This document shows positions 7,229 through 11,398 of a stretch of DNA of 11,398 bases, in pieces (position 1 is the stretch's first letter; the number at the start of each line of letters is the position of its first letter). Position numbers and translations under genes: made by a program. This stretch comes from an uncultured Nitrososphaerota archaeon (GTDB lineage: Archaea; Asgardarchaeota; Njordarchaeia; Njordarchaeales; Panguiarchaeaceae), in contig CAZWPQ010000018.1 in NCBI GenBank assembly GCA_964636085.1, positions 29,140 to 40,537 of the forward strand. Reading direction: 5' to 3'. The notes under the pieces were generated by a model. The model was given only the letters and a program-made list of their open reading frames with translations, had not been told where the DNA came from and ran no database searches.

Positions 7229-7757
7229 TTGGTCGTGATAAATTCTACTCCACTCATTTATTTTGCCCAAAGTCGAAAAATTGGAATTGATATTTGATGT
7301 TCTTGGAAGAGTTCAGATTCCACCAGAGGTTTATCATGAAACTGCAATCGTTGGTAAAAGTCTTGGATATAAGGATGCATATGTTATTGATAGCTATGTA
7401 GGCAAGGGGTATATTATACTTCATGAACTTGATGAAGAAGCTATTAGGAGAGCCAAAAGAATTGCTTTATTGACTAGAATTGACTTCGGAGAAGCACAAG
7501 TTATAGTCTTAGCTCTACAGAAGAACGAAACAGTAGTTATAATGGATGATCCAAGAGCGAGGAATGTCGCAATGATATATGGTCTTAGACCAAGAGGAAC
7601 ACTATACATATTACATCAGGCAACAAGAATAGGCAAAATAAGCAGAAAAGAGGCACACAAGATATTGGATGAAATGATAGACAAAAACTTCAGAATAAGT
7701 GCAGACCTATACAAACGATTTCTGAAAAAACTATATGGTAACACAAATACCAAATGA
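7229..7757 (+). pseudogene. vapC: PIN-domain / DUF3368-type VapC ribonuclease toxin with an extra base near codon 13
   Basis: TTG 7229 (GAGG SD at 7216-7219) gives MVVINSTPLIYFA. After GCCC (7265-7268) the protein continues in the +1 frame: KVEKLELIFDVLGRVQIPPEVYHE...DFGEAQVIVLA...IMDDPRARNVA..YGLRPRGTLYIL...NFRISADLY, the usual partner of UPF0175. Joined length ~175 aa. Confidence 0.9.
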
Positions 7758-7836
7758 TGAATGAGAACTTCAAAATGATCTCATACGTGTTCTTTATCTT
7801 TCCTGCAAACCCTACAGCACACATAGAGTAGTAATC

Positions 7837-8260
7837 TCACAGCAATACCCTTGCTAAAACCATCAACAAATCTCTTAATGTTACGTCAGCATGCAATCTA
7901 TGACCAAGAATCGCGATTTTCTCCGCGAATATAACATCCACACCACGCCTCCAAAGAAGTTTCCTGCCATCCGCTAGAACTTTGGATGACGCTACCAAGA
8001 AGCCCCTATAACCAGCCTCCCTCACCCGTGACAACACCTCCACATCCTTGTAGACATCCCTCTCACCAAAACCTCGAACACAATCCTCGAGTCTCCCCGA
8101 GCCCAAACAACATCATGCCTATGCCCTAACCCAATGTCCTTCCCGTCTCGACATTAGAACCCAATGCCCTACCTAACTTGGTCAGATCCTCCACTATTGC
8201 CTCCATCGTAATCTTAAGTCTCAATGGGCTCCTTTCCTCGTACCCCAGAACTAATTTCAT
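7837..8260 (-). pseudogene. PD-(D/E)XK restriction-endonuclease-like protein spread over three frames
   Basis: Joined translation MKLVLGYEERSPLRLKITMEAIVEDLTKLGRALGSNVETG / KDIGLGHRHDVVWARGDSRIVFEVLVRG / DVYKDVEVLSRVREAGYRGFLVASSK... needs two single-base insertions (~8140 and the G-run 8058-8060). R-x-D-V-V-W...V-F-E-V matches nuclease motifs II and III; the canonical Lys is absent. ~141 aa. Confidence 0.6.
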
Positions 8261-8836
8261 CTTGTCTCTATCCGCAGTTCTACTCCTAATTCTTTTGCTA
8301 TTGGTACTAGGCAGTTTTCTACGACGAAATTATTGTATAGTTTTGCTATGTTGGGTCTAGTTACCCCGAGTCCAAGCTTAGCCATGATACTTGTCCAAAA
8401 ACTTCATTTCTCCGCCAAGTTTGTTGACTATATCTTCCACCGTTGCTTTTCCTTCCTTTTTGATAAGGCGTAGCATATGTTTAAGCGGTTTCCAACGATA
8501 GAGACGTTCAAAAATCAGCATTGTAATCTTTATATGACTTGATTTCTTTACGTGTTCAGCTAGTATTCTACCGTGTATGTTTAGCTTGTACTTACGAGGT
8601 GTTCCGGGGATTATATCAGCAAATCCAAGATACCATAATTAGTTGAGAAGTCCTATTGGAGAGATCCCCTTTCCCACGAATCTAAAACCACTTAGGACAC
8701 CACTATCTCTTAGATCAGATGCACTACACGGCCTCCAATCGTATAAATAAAGCAAAGCCATCTTCAGAGCTTCAAAGTCAAGCCAATCGATGCCTCGCGC
8801 CTGGAAATAGACTTGAGTGGCGGATAGGAAGTCCAT
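8257..8836 (-). pseudogene. Winged-helix-like DNA-binding protein with an internal nonsense codon and a frameshift
   Basis: ATG 8836 with GGTGA SD (8846-8842). Reading through TAA 8641-8639 continues LLN*LWYLGFADIIPGTPRKYKLNIHGRILAEHV...MLRLIKKEGKATVEDIVNKLGGEMK. A +1 shift in the T5 run (8401-8397) gives FWTSIMAKLG...LVPIAKELGVELRIETR* ending at 8257. LxxLGF...YKLNxxGRxLA is a wHTH wing signature. ~192 aa joined. Confidence 0.65.
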
Positions 8837-9021
8837 ATGATTCACCAGAATCACCTTTTATAAGGAACACTCAATATTAGTATCATATAGATTCTTTAAA
8901 TATTACAATGAAAGCACTTATGTTTGAGGTATTATTGCTAGAAAGACCTCCGATTCATGACACGTCATAGCATATGCAGATAAAAAATATTGAAGGCTAT
9001 GTGAAAATTCTGCCCGCTCAT

Positions 9022-10614
9022 TCAACCCTTCTTTTTGTATATTATGGTTACGGTTACAAGTCCTGCACAAACGGCTATCAGCAGTATACATATGAATTTT
9101 CCTATAGTCCATTTTGATGGATAATCTTGCGGATCTAGGGGATTTGTTCCGGCTTTGATCTCCTCATAGTCATTAAACCCATCACCATCAGTATCCATGT
9201 TGGTAGGATCTGTACCATATTGGTACTCCTCTAGATTTGATAGACCATCGCCATCCTCATCTTTATAGGAGTCATTATGTTTTGGGTCTAAGCCGTATTG
9301 AACCTCCCAGCCATCAGGCATACCATCGCTATCCGTGTCGTTGGATAGTGGACTAGTGAAATACTGGTAGATCTCATCGCCATCAGTGAGGCCATCATTA
9401 TCAGTGTCTGGGTTAAATGGGTCCAAACCCAATTCGTTCTCTTCATTGTTTCCTAGGCCATCTCTGTCGGAATCAAAATCTACTTTATATATTACTGTAT
9501 TTGCTTTTTCTTGACCAGAAATCGTTGCAATCGTATATACATAATCTTGAGCGCATATCGCACCACCGCTTGTAAAGTTATTCTCTGGAATAACTATTGA
9601 TTTACTTAATGATCCATTTTTATCAAACTGAACAATGAAAATGTTACGCTCGTCTGTAGGATCATAGTATATGTCCCCAGTTATCAATAACGTATCGTTG
9701 TATAGTATCATATCTGAAGGTCTATCATCATAACTAGTTCCATATGTAGCCATCCACTCATACTCTCCGTCCAGCGAGAATTTTAGGAGAACCACCTCAA
9801 AGTATCCCTCGCCATACCCACACGACTCGGATAGAATGTAAATTCCATCAGAGTCTACACATATATCCTTGGTTTCGTCCCAACTTTTTCCTCTCCACGA
9901 ACCATTAAAGATTTCATCGCCATTCATGTCGAATACTGCAAATATTACATCTTCCTGCAACCATTCGGATTCGTTAAATCCAGCAACATAGATTTTGTCT
10001 TCATAAATGTATATTCCTGAGGGCTCTTCATTCTCCCTTGTACCCCAGGTCTTGGCCCATATGATATCGCCTTCCTCGGATACTTTCAAGATTACAAAGT
10101 CGCCTTCCCCGGCACCAAAGCTCCATGTCCAACCTAAAACATACAGACTACCATTGTAGTAGAATAAGTCTCTTCCCTCGTCCCAGTCCGGGCCCCCCCA
10201 AGTTATATTCCACACCAGAAAACCATCTAGCGATATTTTGGCTATATAGATATCCCCATCCCCATTTCCATAGCTCTTAGTATAGCCTACAATATAAAGA
10301 TATTCACTCGTGGACACCATAGAATAACATCTCTCCCCTTCGTCACCACCAAATGTTATATTCCATATAATCGATCCATTTTGCGCGATCTTAGCCACAA
10401 ATATATTTCCCCCAAGCTCACCGCAACAATATACATAATCACCAAGAACCAGTATATCTCTCCCATGGGATCCCTGAGGAAAAACATAGACGAATCTATC
10501 CACAAGTACAAAACCTGTGGAACTGTCTTGTAGGGTAGAGATAAATCCAACATTTGATGCTACTGATAGAACAACTACAGTAATGAACAACAATCTATAG
10601 AGCATCAATGACAC
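9022..10614 (-). CDS. Cell-surface protein: signal peptide, SBBP-like beta-propeller, five Ca-binding DxDxDG (bacterial TSP3-like) repeats, C-terminal TM anchor. True start probably TTG 10608 or ATG 10605
   Basis: ~50-aa repeats such as IFVAKIAQNGSIIWNITFGGDEGE, IYIAKISLDGFLVWNITWGGPDWD, FVILKVSEEGDIIWAKTWGTRENE and VVLLKFSLDGEYEWMATYGTSYDD. TM FICILLIAVCAGLVTVTIIY + KKKG. SD AGGTG at 10616-10612. Confidence 0.9.
   Translation of the reverse strand: MSLMLYRLLFITVVVLSVASNVGFISTLQDSSTGFVLVDRFVYVFPQGSHGRDILVLGDYVYCCGELGGNIFVAKIAQNGSIIWNITFGGDEGERCYSMVSTSEYLYIVGYTKSYGNGDGDIYIAKISLDGFLVWNITWGGPDWDEGRDLFYYNGSLYVLGWTWSFGAGEGDFVILKVSEEGDIIWAKTWGTRENEEPSGIYIYEDKIYVAGFNESEWLQEDVIFAVFDMNGDEIFNGSWRGKSWDETKDICVDSDGIYILSESCGYGEGYFEVVLLKFSLDGEYEWMATYGTSYDDRPSDMILYNDTLLITGDIYYDPTDERNIFIVQFDKNGSLSKSIVIPENNFTSGGAICAQDYVYTIATISGQEKANTVIYKVDFDSDRDGLGNNEENELGLDPFNPDTDNDGLTDGDEIYQYFTSPLSNDTDSDGMPDGWEVQYGLDPKHNDSYKDEDGDGLSNLEEYQYGTDPTNMDTDGDGFNDYEEIKAGTNPLDPQDYPSKWTIGKFICILLIAVCAGLVTVTIIYKKKG
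9117..9474 (-). repeat. Five tandem ~24-aa Ca-binding repeats (protein level)
   Basis: DSDRDGLGNNEE, DTDNDGLTDGDE, DTDSDGMPDGWE, DEDGDGLSNLEE, DTDGDGFNDYEE, each followed by GLDP/TSP/GTDP/GTNP. Confidence 0.9.
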
Positions 10615-11398
10615 CTATGTTACATTTGTTATTGAGGAGCGATATGTTGTCATCTATCATATAAAATTTCCTTATTAATGGAAAAATGATCATTGAGAAA
10701 TTCCAATTAATAATCAAATAATAGGAAATATATTTTTGTGAAAAGAACATTAATTTTTTCCCTCTATGAAAGATCAAACTTTATCGCCCCCAAATACAGG
10801 CTCTAGGTAAATCTTAATATATGCCTCTAATTCTAATTGATATTACTATTGCATCACTAACTTTTACATCCATAGTGCCCCCATTTTTTATTTTTACTTT
10901 CGTATAGACTTTGCTGGAGTATAGGGAATACTTAGGTTCTGCGGTCAAGATACGTGTGAAGTTTGATGTTGAGAAGCGCCATTTGCAGCCCTTGCCCTGA
11001 AATATAACTGTCTAATATGAAACCACGATGACGATCAAAAAGAAGAACAGAAAGTTGTGAATATTTTAACAAGAGAAATCATCAACAGCATAGATTAGTC
11101 CATTTTTTCCTCATGTCAATTTTTAGCTCCCTGTCATTTATTTGTATTGTTTTTCATGCCTTGGCCTATGCTGATTTAGGGGCATCCAAATGCGGAGAAT
11201 GAAGACACATCATGAGGCTACTAGATCAAAAAATAAGGTACTGAGAAATTGACATGCAGTTTTCCAGTATTGTTGTACGAATAAGAGAAGAATTTAGCGT
11301 TGGCGGACTGAACTAAGATTTTTTATTGGGCTATTGATATTATTTTTGCTATATTACTTTTTCTTTTTTGACCACACAGACAGTCTACCTAAACATGC

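Noticed and set aside
7421-7609. 62-aa minus-strand ORF
   Set aside because: Antisense shadow of the PIN toxin gene.
8178-8360. 60-aa hydrophobic plus-strand ORF that looks like a small membrane protein or type I toxin
   Set aside because: It lies antisense to the wHTH/nuclease relic; Leu-richness follows from the A/G-rich coding strand. No SD seen.
8639-8641. Stop-codon readthrough (Sec/Pyl) in the wHTH gene
   Set aside because: The codon is TAA, not TGA/TAG, and the same gene also carries a frameshift. A nonsense mutation is simpler.
9117-9474. Possible CRISPR-like or DNA tandem repeat
   Set aside because: The periodicity is at protein level (Ca-binding repeats) and the nucleotide copies are diverged.
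8918-10777. Short ORFs 8918-9112, 10356-10553 and 10595-10777
   Set aside because: They overlap the 530-aa gene in alternative frames or are low-complexity AT-rich frames without motifs.
11112-11256. 11-bp inverted repeat CATGTCAATTT / AAATTGACATG spanning 145 bp (possible MITE)
   Set aside because: No target-site duplication is visible, and an 11-bp match at this spacing is near chance expectation in AT-rich DNA. Multiple genomic copies would be needed to revive it.

Overview
The window looks archaeal: GGTGA/GAGG Shine-Dalgarno motifs, ATGA/TGATG gene overlaps, an XPD-type helicase, PIN/UPF0175/AbrB toxin-antitoxin genes and sequon-rich surface proteins. A thermophilic, possibly Asgard/TACK-like host is inference only. 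There are three blocks. (1) 1-6078, minus strand: a tightly coupled, intact gene string. It encodes a ~1030-aa beta-propeller/Ig-like surface protein, a 312-aa protein resembling a HerA/VirB4-type ATPase that has lost Walker A/B, a 169-aa membrane-anchored exported protein, a compact 486-aa Fe-S XPD/Rad3/DinG helicase, and the start of a fifth gene leaving the window. (2) ~6450-8860: a decayed defence/TA patch that the ORF track shows only as fragments. It holds two divergent VapBC-type modules and a wHTH + PD-(D/E)XK-like nuclease pair; every gene is interrupted (about 8 lesions), one at a perfect A_AAA_AAA slippery site. (3) 9022-10614, minus strand: an intact beta-propeller + Ca-binding-repeat surface protein, followed by ~780 bp of AT-rich DNA with no convincing gene. 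I saw no rRNA, tRNA, CRISPR array or transposase. Family assignments come from motifs recognised by eye; no searches were run.
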